From an uncultured cyanobacterium (GTDB lineage: Bacteria > Cyanobacteriota > Cyanobacteriia > PCC-6307 > Cyanobiaceae), in contig CAVXWZ010000001.1 in assembly GCA_963765575.1 (NCBI GenBank), positions 64,001 through 128,000 on the forward strand: DNA of 64,000 bases, in the 5' to 3' direction. The position numbers and the translations under genes are program-made. Positions 41,679 through 50,388 of the stretch are shown piece by piece. Under the pieces are notes generated by a model. That model did not search any database and was not told where the DNA came from. It was given only the letters and a program-made list of their open reading frames with translations. Position 1 is the stretch's first letter; the number at the start of each line of letters is the position of its first letter.

Positions 41679-42674
41679 TCAGACGGAGCCGTAGGCCACC
41701 TGGCAGGCGGCGTTCAGCAGTTCGGCCTCGCTCGCACTGGTGGGATTGCGCCCGTTCAACGTGCCGCGATTGCAGTCGGCATCGAAGTAGGTTTCGCCGC
41801 TGCCGGCCTCCACCGCGAACCGCACCGACTGATCGTTGATCGGCTCCACCGTGCCGTACAGGAGGCGATAGTCGGTGTTGGGCACCACCACGTAGGTGGT
41901 CTGGTTCGACACCGCGTTGTCGACGGCGGAGTTGATGATCGCCGCGGTGGTGAGGGTGGTGAGGCCAAAAGCGGCGGCATTCCAGCCCCAGTTCGACGAC
42001 CGGTAGCCGCTGTCGTACCAGCCGTAGTTCCAGGGTCGCGCATAGCCCCATCCTGGCCGTGCCCAACCCGGGTAGCGATCCCAGCGGTCGTCCCAGCGGT
42101 CATAGCGCTTGTCCCACTTCTTGTCGACGCGGTCGGCGCGTTTATCGAGCTTCTTGTCGCGTTTGTCGAGCCGATCATCGCGCCGATCGGCTTTCTTTTC
42201 GCGCTTGTCGAGCTTGTCGTCGCGGCGGTCGTTCTTCTTGGCCTGCTTGTTGTTTTTGTTTTTGTTGTCGTGCTTCTTGTTGTTCTTGGCTTGATTGCCC
42301 TTGTTGTTGTTCTTCTTTTTGTTATTGCTCTTGTTCTTGTTGTCCAGCGATGGATTGTTCTTGTGGTTGGATTTCTTGCTCCAACCCCCTTTGGGCTGCT
42401 TCTTGCCCTTGCTCATGCTCGAACCAGAGCTCTTGAAGCCGCTCTTGCTCCTGGACGATTTCTTGCGGGAGCCGCCGCTTTTGCCCTTGTGCCCGCCGCC
42501 GCCTTTCTTGGCGATCAACTCTCCCTCGCCTGCCAGCGTTGGCGCTGGGGCCTCGATGGGGGCCTGGATGGGAGCGGTCAGCGCGGCTGCGTTCGTGGGC
42601 AGCGCCGGCAGGCAGAGCACCCCGGCCAGCAGGAGGCCGAAGGGGCGCCGTGGTCGAGCCGTGGACCCCATCAC
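41679..42674 (-). CDS. secreted protein with K/N-rich low-complexity region and D/K/R repeats
   Basis: Signal peptide; see finding. Confidence 0.8.
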   Translation of the reverse strand: MMGSTARPRRPFGLLLAGVLCLPALPTNAAALTAPIQAPIEAPAPTLAGEGELIAKKGGGGHKGKSGGSRKKSSRSKSGFKSSGSSMSKGKKQPKGGWSKKSNHKNNPSLDNKNKSNNKKKNNNKGNQAKNNKKHDNKNKNNKQAKKNDRRDDKLDKREKKADRRDDRLDKRDKKLDKRADRVDKKWDKRYDRWDDRWDRYPGWARPGWGYARPWNYGWYDSGYRSSNWGWNAAAFGLTTLTTAAIINSAVDNAVSNQTTYVVVPNTDYRLLYGTVEPINDQSVRFAVEAGSGETYFDADCNRGTLNGRNPTSASEAELLNAACQVAYGSV

Positions 42675-43177
42675 TGCACCTCCTCGCAGCCGTCGTCGTA
42701 GCAGGTGAGGTGCACGCGGCCATCGTCGCCGAACAGCACCCGCACCAGATCCCGGCCGTTGGTGGACTCGGGTCGCTCCTCGCGGATGCTGTTGAGGTAG
42801 TTGGGGTTGATGACGCAGACGTCGGTGCCGTTGAAGCAGATGGTGTTGGTGGAGAAGCGCGCCCCAGCTGAGCTGAGGAACTCCCAGCTACCGGTGCTGG
42901 TCTCCAGGCGGCCCATGCGCACCGGCGCGTCGGAAATGCGGATCGTTTCGGTTCTGTCGCCGATGGTGTGGCGGTAGGTGATGAAGTCGTCGTCTTCGAT
43001 GGCTTCCACCACGCAGGGCTGGGGGGCAGCGCCAGCCAGCGAGCAGGTGGTTTCCAGCCTGTAGAGGGTTGCGTCCTGGGCCCGGGCGGGCGGGGTGCCG
43101 AGGGCAGCGCCGCAGGCAAGGGCAGCGCTGAGGCCGAGGCAGGAGCCTGGCGCGAGCAGAGACAGAAGACGGGGCAT
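42671..43177 (-). CDS. hypothetical secreted Cys-containing protein
   Basis: Signal peptide (ARA-Q), six Cys in the mature part, ARFSTNTICFN; ATGA-coupled to the next gene. Confidence 0.75.
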   Translation of the reverse strand: MPRLLSLLAPGSCLGLSAALACGAALGTPPARAQDATLYRLETTCSLAGAAPQPCVVEAIEDDDFITYRHTIGDRTETIRISDAPVRMGRLETSTGSWEFLSSAGARFSTNTICFNGTDVCVINPNYLNSIREERPESTNGRDLVRVLFGDDGRVHLTCYDDGCEEVQ

Positions 43178-43348
43178 CAGGGGGCGATTCCGCGGAGGGT
43201 CCGGGTGGGCAGCCGGGTGCTGCACGCAGATGGAGGACATCGCCATGCTGGTCATCTCCGCCGGCGCTGCCATCGGCTCGTTGGAATTGGACACAGGACA
43301 GCCCCCTCCCTTGGCGGCGACAGGCGGGTGTCACATCGGATACAAGCA

Positions 43349-43390
43349 ATTGAGAATCGCTTGCAAAAGGTGCGGTGGCGTTTCTAGGGT
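43349..43390 (+). promoter_or_regulatory. Fur/Zur-like box overlapping a candidate promoter
   Basis: TGAGAATCGCTTGCA (43351-43365) overlaps TTGCAA (-35, 43361), 18 nt before TAGGGT (-10, 43385). Confidence 0.5.
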
Positions 43391-43419
43391 CTGGCCAGTT
43401 CAGAATTTCGGCCCCGCCC

Positions 43420-43575
43420 ATGGCCCAGCCACTCGGTTCCACTGCAGCCCAGGTCGCCTCCGCCACCAGTGGCCAGGGGCAGCGTGCGGTCTTCACCGCG
43501 GCCAAGAAAAAAGGCTGCAAGGAGACGAAGTGCTCCAACTGGAAGGGCGGCAAGTGCCGCTGCGGCCGCAGCTGA
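43420..43575 (+). CDS. 51-aa Cys/Lys-rich small protein
   Basis: MAQPLGSTAAQVASATSGQGQRAVFTAAKKKGCKETKCSNWKGGKCRCGRS; GC3-rich host-like codons. Confidence 0.65.
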   Translation: MAQPLGSTAAQVASATSGQGQRAVFTAAKKKGCKETKCSNWKGGKCRCGRS

Positions 43576-43610
43576 AGGATCGGCTCGCGCCGCTGGGAAC
43601 GGTGTGCTGA

Positions 43611-45179
43611 TCAGTCGCTGTTCTGGCGATCCAGGCTGGGAATCAGCGCCATTGAGGCGGCCAGACCCAGCACCATGATCAGCAGGGCCGGCGCCATGGC
43701 CGCCTCCACCCGCTCGTCGCTGGCGTACTGGAACACCCGCACCGCCAGCGTGTCGAAGTTGAACGGCCGCAGCGCCAGGGTGAGGGGCAGTTCTTTGACC
43801 ACATCCACAAACACCAGCAGCCCGCCCACCAGCAGGGGACCCCGCAGCAGGGGCAGGTGAATGCGCCGCAGCACCGCCAACCAGCCGTGCCCCAGGCTGC
43901 TGGCCGATTCGTCGATGCTGGGGGGCAGTCGCTCCAGGGCCGCATCCAGCCCCTGCTTGGTCACGGTCATGAAGCGATCGCTGTAACCCCACACGAGCAG
44001 CAGCAGCGGACTGATCATCAGTGGACCACCGATGATCAGCAGTCCCACCCCCAGCACGCTGCCCGGCACGGCGTAGCCCAGCCCGGACAGGAAGCTGAGC
44101 TGATGAATCAGTCGCTGCCGGCTCCAGCGCCGCAGGATCGCCAGCAGCAGTGCCGCGCAGCAGGTCACCAAGGTGGCCAGCAGCGCCAGCATCACCGTGC
44201 GGGTTGAGAGATCCAGCAGTTCAGCGGCCGACTCAGCCCGCAGGGCGCGCCAGCCTGTGCTGATCCAGAGCACGGGAATTGCCAGTGCCAGCAGCGGTGG
44301 CAGCAGCGACACCAGCTGGGCGAGGGCGGCCCGCCAGCCTGTCAGCACCCACACCTGTGGGCAAGCATGCTCACTCTCCAGGTTCCAGCGCTTGCTGCGC
44401 TGGCGCAGGGATCGCTCCATGGCGATCAGCAGTGCAACGATCGCCAGGGCGATCAGCGACAGCAGGGCTGCCCCTTGGGGGTCCCCATCGATCTGCCAGC
44501 GATCCAGGATCCCGGCCGAGAGGCTGGGCACCCCGAGCAGACGTACGGCCCCCAGCTCGTTGACCACCTCCATGGCGCTGAGGGCCACCCCGGCGCCGAT
44601 GGCGGGCAGGGCGATCGGCAGTGCCACCCTGAAGAAACTCGCCCAGGGCCCCAGTCCCATGTTGCGGCTGGCCTCCTGGAGCCTGCGACCACCGGCGGAG
44701 AAGCTCTCGGTGGACAGCAGAAAGACATAGGTGTAATTCGCCAGGAAGAGCACGAGGATGGCCCAGCCCAACCCGTGGATCCGCACTCCCTGGTGGCTGC
44801 CCCAGTCGATCAGGCTGGCTGCCAGCAGGTAGGCAGGAAAGGCCATCGGCAGCAACTGCGCCATGCGCAGGGCGCGCCGCCCCGGGAAACGGCAGGCCGC
44901 GGTGAGCCAGCCGATTGCCGTGCCCACCAGCGCGCCGAGCACCCCTTCTCCGAGCACCAGCAGCAGGGTGCCCTGAATCTGCTTGGCTCCGTTGAACCCC
45001 AGCCCCACGCTGCTGCTGCGGGGGCCGAACAGGGCGTCCCAGAACAGGGCCAGCAGCGGCGCAAAGGCCAGCAGGCCGATGACAGCGGCCACCAGAAACA
45101 GACCGAGCCGGCCCGCGGGGTGCCTTGCCCGAGCCGGAACGCCGGCCGGTGGGGGCTGCAGACCGGCTGACGATTCCAT
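43611..45179 (-). CDS. futB: Fe(III) ABC transporter permease
   Basis: Two EAA loops (EASRNMG, ESASSLG), KELPLTLALRPFNFDTLAVR. Confidence 0.9.
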   Translation of the reverse strand: MESSAGLQPPPAGVPARARHPAGRLGLFLVAAVIGLLAFAPLLALFWDALFGPRSSSVGLGFNGAKQIQGTLLLVLGEGVLGALVGTAIGWLTAACRFPGRRALRMAQLLPMAFPAYLLAASLIDWGSHQGVRIHGLGWAILVLFLANYTYVFLLSTESFSAGGRRLQEASRNMGLGPWASFFRVALPIALPAIGAGVALSAMEVVNELGAVRLLGVPSLSAGILDRWQIDGDPQGAALLSLIALAIVALLIAMERSLRQRSKRWNLESEHACPQVWVLTGWRAALAQLVSLLPPLLALAIPVLWISTGWRALRAESAAELLDLSTRTVMLALLATLVTCCAALLLAILRRWSRQRLIHQLSFLSGLGYAVPGSVLGVGLLIIGGPLMISPLLLLVWGYSDRFMTVTKQGLDAALERLPPSIDESASSLGHGWLAVLRRIHLPLLRGPLLVGGLLVFVDVVKELPLTLALRPFNFDTLAVRVFQYASDERVEAAMAPALLIMVLGLAASMALIPSLDRQNSD

Positions 45180-45273
45180 CGTGGTCGCAGTGGCAAGAGA
45201 ACGGCTTTGAGCCAGCCTGCTGCATCAGTCGCAGAGCCTCCCGGTTGGGGTTGGCGAGCTGGACAGCTGGTTG

Positions 45274-45307
45274 CCTCCCTGATCCCCATGGCTGCGGATC
45301 AGGGAGG
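45274..45307. terminator. 12-bp perfect stem-loop between porin and futB
   Basis: CCTCCCTGATCC-N10-GGATCAGGGAGG; no U-tract on the minus strand. Confidence 0.55.
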
Positions 45308-45362
45308 GCTTCATGGACCTTGTTGCTTGGTGCCTACTGCCCAGGACTGGGCATAGAACGCC

Positions 45363-46847
45363 TCAGAACTTGAAGCTGGTCTGGATCACCCCACCCCAGG
45401 CATCATTGCCGCGGTTGGTGCTGGGTTCATCGGCGTAGAACAGTGCCGGAGTGATCGTGATGTTGTCGCTCACCCGAAAGCGATAGAACATCTCGTAGAG
45501 CATGGAGTTGTTGTCGCCCCCGGTAAATGGCGGCTGGCCTGCGGCGAAGCCTGCCGCATTGCCATCGATGAACACATCGCTCCATTGCAGGCCCACCATC
45601 CAGGTCTGGGAGTCGTCGACGCCCTCGTCCTGCCAGGTGAAGCCATAGCCGGCACTGATCGACGGCGCCCAGCCGCTGTCGAGCGGTGACCAGTAGCCCG
45701 CCAGGGAGATGCTGTTGCTGTTGCCGCCGTCAGGCACCCCGCTGCTGAAGTTGGCATCGCGCAGACTGGAGTTCTCCGTGCCGTAGCGGTAGGCCAGGGC
45801 CGCTCCCCAGTTGGTGCCCTTGATGCCCAGCTGGGAGAGCCAGTTGATGCCGCTGTCGGAGCTGAAGGCGCCGACGCTGGAATCGTCGAAATCGCTGACG
45901 GCCACATAGTTGGTGTCCAAGGTGATGGCGGGGTTGCCCTGCTCAACCTTCTGTTTCCAGCTGACGCCGAAACCGGCGCCGGTGGCCTTGTTGTAGGTGT
46001 TGGAGGTGCCCGCCAGCTTGAAGAAGTCGAGGATGCTGGAGTTGTAGGCCGAGGGGATGAAGCTGATCATCTCCGTGTTGCGCACCAGGGCGCCCACCGT
46101 GAACCGGAAGCTGTCGCCCACCGGGAAGCGGTAGAACAGTCGATCCACCCGCAGGCTGTTGTCCGTGCCGGTGGCCTTGTCGAGCGTGAAGACGCCGTCC
46201 CGGAACGGCAACCTCGAGAAGTTGCCGCTGCGCAGGCGGGTGCGCAGCAGGTCCTTGCCGGTGAAGCTGGTGTCCATATTCAACTTCAGGTCGTAGTTGA
46301 AGGTGGTTTCGTTCGGTCGCGCCGGACGGCTGCCGTCCGACTCCCGCCGGGGACTGTCGAAGTCTGGTGAGCCGGCCAGGATGAAGCTGACATCACCGCG
46401 CAGCCTGGTGGTGGTGGAAAACTGGCTGGCCTCCAGTTCACCCACCTTGGCCTCGAGGCCGTCGACGCGGCCCTTGAGGATGGCGAGTTCCCTCTCGAAC
46501 TCGGCCATCAGGCGCCTGAGCTCGTCGGTCACCTCGGTGACGCGGTCGAGACAGGCGTTCAGGAGGGCGGCGGCCTCGAAACGGGTCATGGCCCGCTGGC
46601 CCCTGAAGGTGCCGTCGGGATAGCCGGCGACGCAGCCGTAGCGCTCGATCAGGCCCGTGAGCGCCTGGTAGGCCCAGTCCGTCGGGACGACGTCGGGGAA
46701 CTGGGAGATGCTGGTGACCTGATCAAGTGGACCTGAATTGCTGTAGCGATTCAGGTCGTCGATTGGCAGATCGGCAGCATTGGCCAGCGCGGGTGTGAAC
46801 AACACAGCGCAGCCCAAAGATAAGGCCAGGGAATGGGTGAATGGCAT
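45363..46847 (-). CDS. cyanobacterial SLH-domain porin (Som/OprB type)
   Basis: DVVPTDWAYQAL..YGCVAGYPDG..TRFEAAA, coiled coil, QFSTTT, terminal FKF. Confidence 0.95.
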   Translation of the reverse strand: MPFTHSLALSLGCAVLFTPALANAADLPIDDLNRYSNSGPLDQVTSISQFPDVVPTDWAYQALTGLIERYGCVAGYPDGTFRGQRAMTRFEAAALLNACLDRVTEVTDELRRLMAEFERELAILKGRVDGLEAKVGELEASQFSTTTRLRGDVSFILAGSPDFDSPRRESDGSRPARPNETTFNYDLKLNMDTSFTGKDLLRTRLRSGNFSRLPFRDGVFTLDKATGTDNSLRVDRLFYRFPVGDSFRFTVGALVRNTEMISFIPSAYNSSILDFFKLAGTSNTYNKATGAGFGVSWKQKVEQGNPAITLDTNYVAVSDFDDSSVGAFSSDSGINWLSQLGIKGTNWGAALAYRYGTENSSLRDANFSSGVPDGGNSNSISLAGYWSPLDSGWAPSISAGYGFTWQDEGVDDSQTWMVGLQWSDVFIDGNAAGFAAGQPPFTGGDNNSMLYEMFYRFRVSDNITITPALFYADEPSTNRGNDAWGGVIQTSFKF

Positions 46848-46853
46848 TGAAAA

Positions 46854-46901
46854 TCCTCACAACAGGAAATCACCCAGCTTCTTAATTCGTGGTGGGTGAT
46901 T
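46854..46901 (-). promoter_or_regulatory. porin 5'UTR with TGTGAGGA element and 9-bp hairpin
   Basis: TGTGAGGA 6 nt before ATG; AATCACCCA/TGGGTGATT stem 46868-46901. Confidence 0.5.
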
Positions 46902-47032
46902 GTGTGCGTTTCTAGGGGAATACGGGATGCGGGCCGCGTTGAATGGTTGCCAAGCGAGGTGACGAATGAAACATTCACTGGTTTCGAAACTGACGATGTC
47001 ATCATCGCCACCGTCATGGCCCGGTGATCGTC

Positions 47033-48091
47033 TTACTCCCAGCCAGCCTGCTGCATCAGCTGCACGGCCTCCTGATTGCGGTTCCCGAGCTCAGAGATGG
47101 ACACCGTGGAGGCGTTGAATGTGCCCATTCCTTCCAGGATGGCATTATTCCCCAACCCCTTCAGTGGGTATTCGTTGTTGGCCTCCGCGAAGCCCTCACC
47201 GGCAGTGGGAGAGGCCAGAAACTCCAGCAACTGGCGGCCGCCTTCGGCATTGCCGGCGCTGCGGGTGATTCCGGCAGCCGTGACGTTGACGTGGGTTGGA
47301 TCGGGCCAGACCACCGTGACCTTGGCGGCCGTCTCCCGGTCGGCGGGGTTGTCGGAGGTCAGCAGCCGCGCCAGGTAGTACTGGTTGGCCACGGCCGCTC
47401 CGCACTGTCCATCACCCACCGCCCTGATCATCGGCGTGTCGCTGGTGAAGAAGGGCTGCTCCACGTTGGCGATCATCCCCTGCAGCCAGCTCTCGGTGCT
47501 GGGCTTGCCCTCCCGCTCCAGCACGTCGGCGGTGAGCGACTGGTTGTAGACGCTGGCGCTGTTGCGCAGGCAGAGCTTGCCGGCCAGTTCCTCGCGGGTG
47601 AGGTCGTCGTAGCTGTTGATCAGGCTGGGGTCGACGATGGCGGTGTTCACCATCACTGGCCTGGCGCGCCGGGTCAGGGCGAACCAGCGGCCGTTCGGAT
47701 CGCGCAGGCTGGCCGGCACATCGCTCTCCAGGGCCGGCGAGCTGGTCGACTGAAACAGGTCCATCTCCTGGGCCCTGTGGATGCGGGCGGCATCCACCAC
47801 CACGAGCACATCGGCCGGGCTGTTGTCTCCCTCGCGGCGCAGGCGCTCGATCAGTTCATCGTCCTTCCCCTCGATCACATTCACCTTGATACCGGTGCGG
47901 TCGGTGAACTCCTTGTACAACTCCTTGTCGGTGTTGTAATGACGCCCCGAGTACACGTTCACCTCCTGGTCGCGACCCTGGCCGCCAGCCTGGTCGTCTG
48001 CGGATCGGCCGCAGCCGATCAACACGCCGGCTGCCCCCAGGCTGATCAGGCCCAGGGCGATTGTCTTGAGGTGGGTTGCTTTGGTAGCCAT
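47033..48091 (-). CDS. futA: Fe(III) ABC substrate-binding lipoprotein
   Basis: Lipobox LIGC, VYSGRHYNTD, YNQSL, NQYY, NNEYP. Confidence 0.93.
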   Translation of the reverse strand: MATKATHLKTIALGLISLGAAGVLIGCGRSADDQAGGQGRDQEVNVYSGRHYNTDKELYKEFTDRTGIKVNVIEGKDDELIERLRREGDNSPADVLVVVDAARIHRAQEMDLFQSTSSPALESDVPASLRDPNGRWFALTRRARPVMVNTAIVDPSLINSYDDLTREELAGKLCLRNSASVYNQSLTADVLEREGKPSTESWLQGMIANVEQPFFTSDTPMIRAVGDGQCGAAVANQYYLARLLTSDNPADRETAAKVTVVWPDPTHVNVTAAGITRSAGNAEGGRQLLEFLASPTAGEGFAEANNEYPLKGLGNNAILEGMGTFNASTVSISELGNRNQEAVQLMQQAGWE

Positions 48092-48212
48092 GCGTTGTTG
48101 GTCTGGGGATCTATCAGGTCACCCGAGAGTCTTAGCCGACTGGCTAGTGGCACCCCTTGGGTTTGGGCACCCCGCGATGTGATCAATGCATCACCCTGGT
48201 GTTCAACAGCCC

Positions 48213-49244
48213 TCAGGCCGGAAGCGGCACCACCGTCTCGCTCACTTCCAGCCGCACCCGTTCCCCCTCCCGCAGGTCGCCCGTGCTGGGGCTGATCACG
48301 ATCAGGGCGGTGTCGCCGATCCTTACCCGGTAGAGCTGGTCGTGACCACGGAATTCCCGCAGCTCCACCGTTGCCGGCGCCTCGGGGTCTGGCACCAGTC
48401 GGATCTGTTCGGGCCGCACCGCGATGGTGGTGGGGCCCTGGGCCGGGGAGGCCAGCAGCAGCGAGCCCAGCAGGGTGTTCACCGCCGAACCGTGGGCCTC
48501 GCCGCGCAGCAGGTTGGAGCCTCCGAGAAAACGGGCCACAAAGGCACTGGCCGGCCGCCGGTAGATCTCGTCGGGCGGACCGGTCTGAATCAGCCGACCC
48601 CGCTCCATCACCGCCAGCCGATCCGCCATCACCATCGCCTCCTCCTGATCGTGGGTCACCAGGATCGCGGCCGCTCCGGAGCGGCGCAGCAAGCGACGCA
48701 CCTCCTGGCGCATCTCCACGCGCTTGGCGGCATCGAGATTGGAGAAGGGCTCATCGAGGAGCACCAGCTCCGGCGCCGGCGCCAGGGTGCGGGCCAGGGC
48801 CACCCGCTGTTGCTGGCCACCGGAGAGCTCATGGGGGTAGCGCCGCGCCAGGGCCTCGAGGCCCACCAGCTCCAGCATCTCCTGGCTGCGGGCCGCGGCC
48901 CGGCGGCCCGGCCAGCGGTGCAGCCCGAAGCGCACGTTCTCGACCACCGTCAGGTGGGGGAAGAGGGCATAGTCCTGAAACACCAGGCCGATGCCGCGCC
49001 GTTCCGGACGCAAGTCGGTGATCGCCACGCCACGCAGGCACACCGAGCCCGCATCGGGGACCTCGAGGCCGGCGATCATGCGCAGCGTGGTGGTTTTGCC
49101 GCAACCTGACGGGCCCAGCAGTGCCAGCAGCTCCCCTGGCGCCAGGCTGAAGCTCACATCATTGACCGCGGGGCGGCCGGCGGCGAACTGGCGGCAGAGG
49201 CCGTGCACCTCCAGCAGCGGCGGCGGCGATGGGGCTGCAGGCAT
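48213..49244 (-). CDS. futC: Fe(III) ABC ATP-binding protein
   Basis: GPSGCGKT, FQDYALFPH, LSGGQQQR, LDEPF. Confidence 0.9.
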   Translation of the reverse strand: MPAAPSPPPLLEVHGLCRQFAAGRPAVNDVSFSLAPGELLALLGPSGCGKTTTLRMIAGLEVPDAGSVCLRGVAITDLRPERRGIGLVFQDYALFPHLTVVENVRFGLHRWPGRRAAARSQEMLELVGLEALARRYPHELSGGQQQRVALARTLAPAPELVLLDEPFSNLDAAKRVEMRQEVRRLLRRSGAAAILVTHDQEEAMVMADRLAVMERGRLIQTGPPDEIYRRPASAFVARFLGGSNLLRGEAHGSAVNTLLGSLLLASPAQGPTTIAVRPEQIRLVPDPEAPATVELREFRGHDQLYRVRIGDTALIVISPSTGDLREGERVRLEVSETVVPLPA

Positions 49245-49468
49245 CGGCAGATCCTGCCAGCTGGCCTGGGACCAACTGCGGGGGATCAAGCCCTGATCCT
49301 GCGAATAGCGTTCGTAGCCGATTCTTCGCTCCCGCTCAGGGGTGAAAGCCTAGGAATTGCCGCCGGGGTGGACGTGTAACCGATCTGCACCGATCACGTG
49401 ATATTTGCTACGTCGTTGATCCCCGGCAGCTCGGCTGTTGGTTGGCAGCTCAGCTTTTGCTTGCCAGC

Positions 49469-49612
49469 TCAGCCGTGGCGTTGCACGCGCACCGGCACCA
49501 GGGCGGGCTGCATCATGCCGCCGCCGCCGTTGTCATCGTCGGAGTCGGCGGTGAGCCAGAAGGCCAGGCCGAACAGGGCAAGGACGCCCGTAAGCAGCAG
49601 CAGTTCGGCCAT
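49469..49612 (-). CDS. 47-aa single-TM small protein
   Basis: MAELLLLTGVLALFGLAFWLTADSDDDNGGGGMMQPALVPVRVQRHG. Confidence 0.7.
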   Translation of the reverse strand: MAELLLLTGVLALFGLAFWLTADSDDDNGGGGMMQPALVPVRVQRHG

Positions 49613-49677
49613 GGCTGAGTTGTGACTCGACACACCGTAGCCAGGTGCTACGGCAATGGTGTAACAAAACTGGCCGT

Positions 49678-50259
49678 TCAGGCCGGCCCGAAGGCCAGCA
49701 TCAGGCCCGCCGCCGTGAGCAGCGTGGCGACCAGCACGGTCCAGCGGGCGTGGGTCTGGCGCAGCACCCCGTAGCTCACGGCCACCACAAGGGTTGAGCC
49801 GAGGGCGGCACCGAGCCACCAGCCCACGGTGCCGCTGGCTTCCTGGCCGTGGAGCATGGCGTGGACCCCAACCGCCAGGGTCACCAGGCTGCCGATCAGC
49901 CCCAGGCGCGGGCTCTCGCCGCTGCGGCGGCTGGCCAGGATCACCACGCCCATGGCCGAGATGGCCAGGGCCGCCAGCAGTTCAGCGGCGGGCAGGCCGC
50001 CACCGGAGGCGCCGGCGACCGCCCCCAGCACTGCGCCCACCAGGGCGAAGAGCAACACGGAGCTGCCGGTGAACGCGGCGACCCCACCCACGCCCACCAG
50101 CAGCAGCAGGTGGTCGAGACCGGTGATCGGGTGGCTGAAGCCGTAGCCAAGGCCGCCACCGGCCACCAGGTGGGCCTGGGCCGGCAGGGCGGAGACCAGG
50201 CTCAGGCCCAGTCCCGCGGCCGCGGGCAGGAGCAGGGGACGCAAGGGGAAGGAACGCAT
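49678..50259 (-). CDS. hupE: HupE/UreJ family Ni/Co transporter
   Basis: AQAH, GFSHPITGLDHLL, HAMLHGQE. Confidence 0.9.
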   Translation of the reverse strand: MRSFPLRPLLLPAAAGLGLSLVSALPAQAHLVAGGGLGYGFSHPITGLDHLLLLVGVGGVAAFTGSSVLLFALVGAVLGAVAGASGGGLPAAELLAALAISAMGVVILASRRSGESPRLGLIGSLVTLAVGVHAMLHGQEASGTVGWWLGAALGSTLVVAVSYGVLRQTHARWTVLVATLLTAAGLMLAFGPA

Positions 50260-50388
50260 GGTGAAGCCGGTCCGCGCCGGAGGAGATCAATGGAGGGAAA
50301 GCAGGGCCGCCGTCGCCGGACTCTCCTTGTTGCCCTCGGGTCAGTATGGGGGGCGCTGCCGATTTTGGCCGAGCCCCCGCCGATCGCG

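Noticed and set aside
42060..42420. Repetitive DNA as CRISPR array or VNTR element
   Set aside because: Repeats are imperfect codon-level repeats within a CDS; no constant repeat-spacer structure or cas genes.
49637..49651. GTA...TAC as an NtcA box
   Set aside because: Spacer is 9 nt, not 8.
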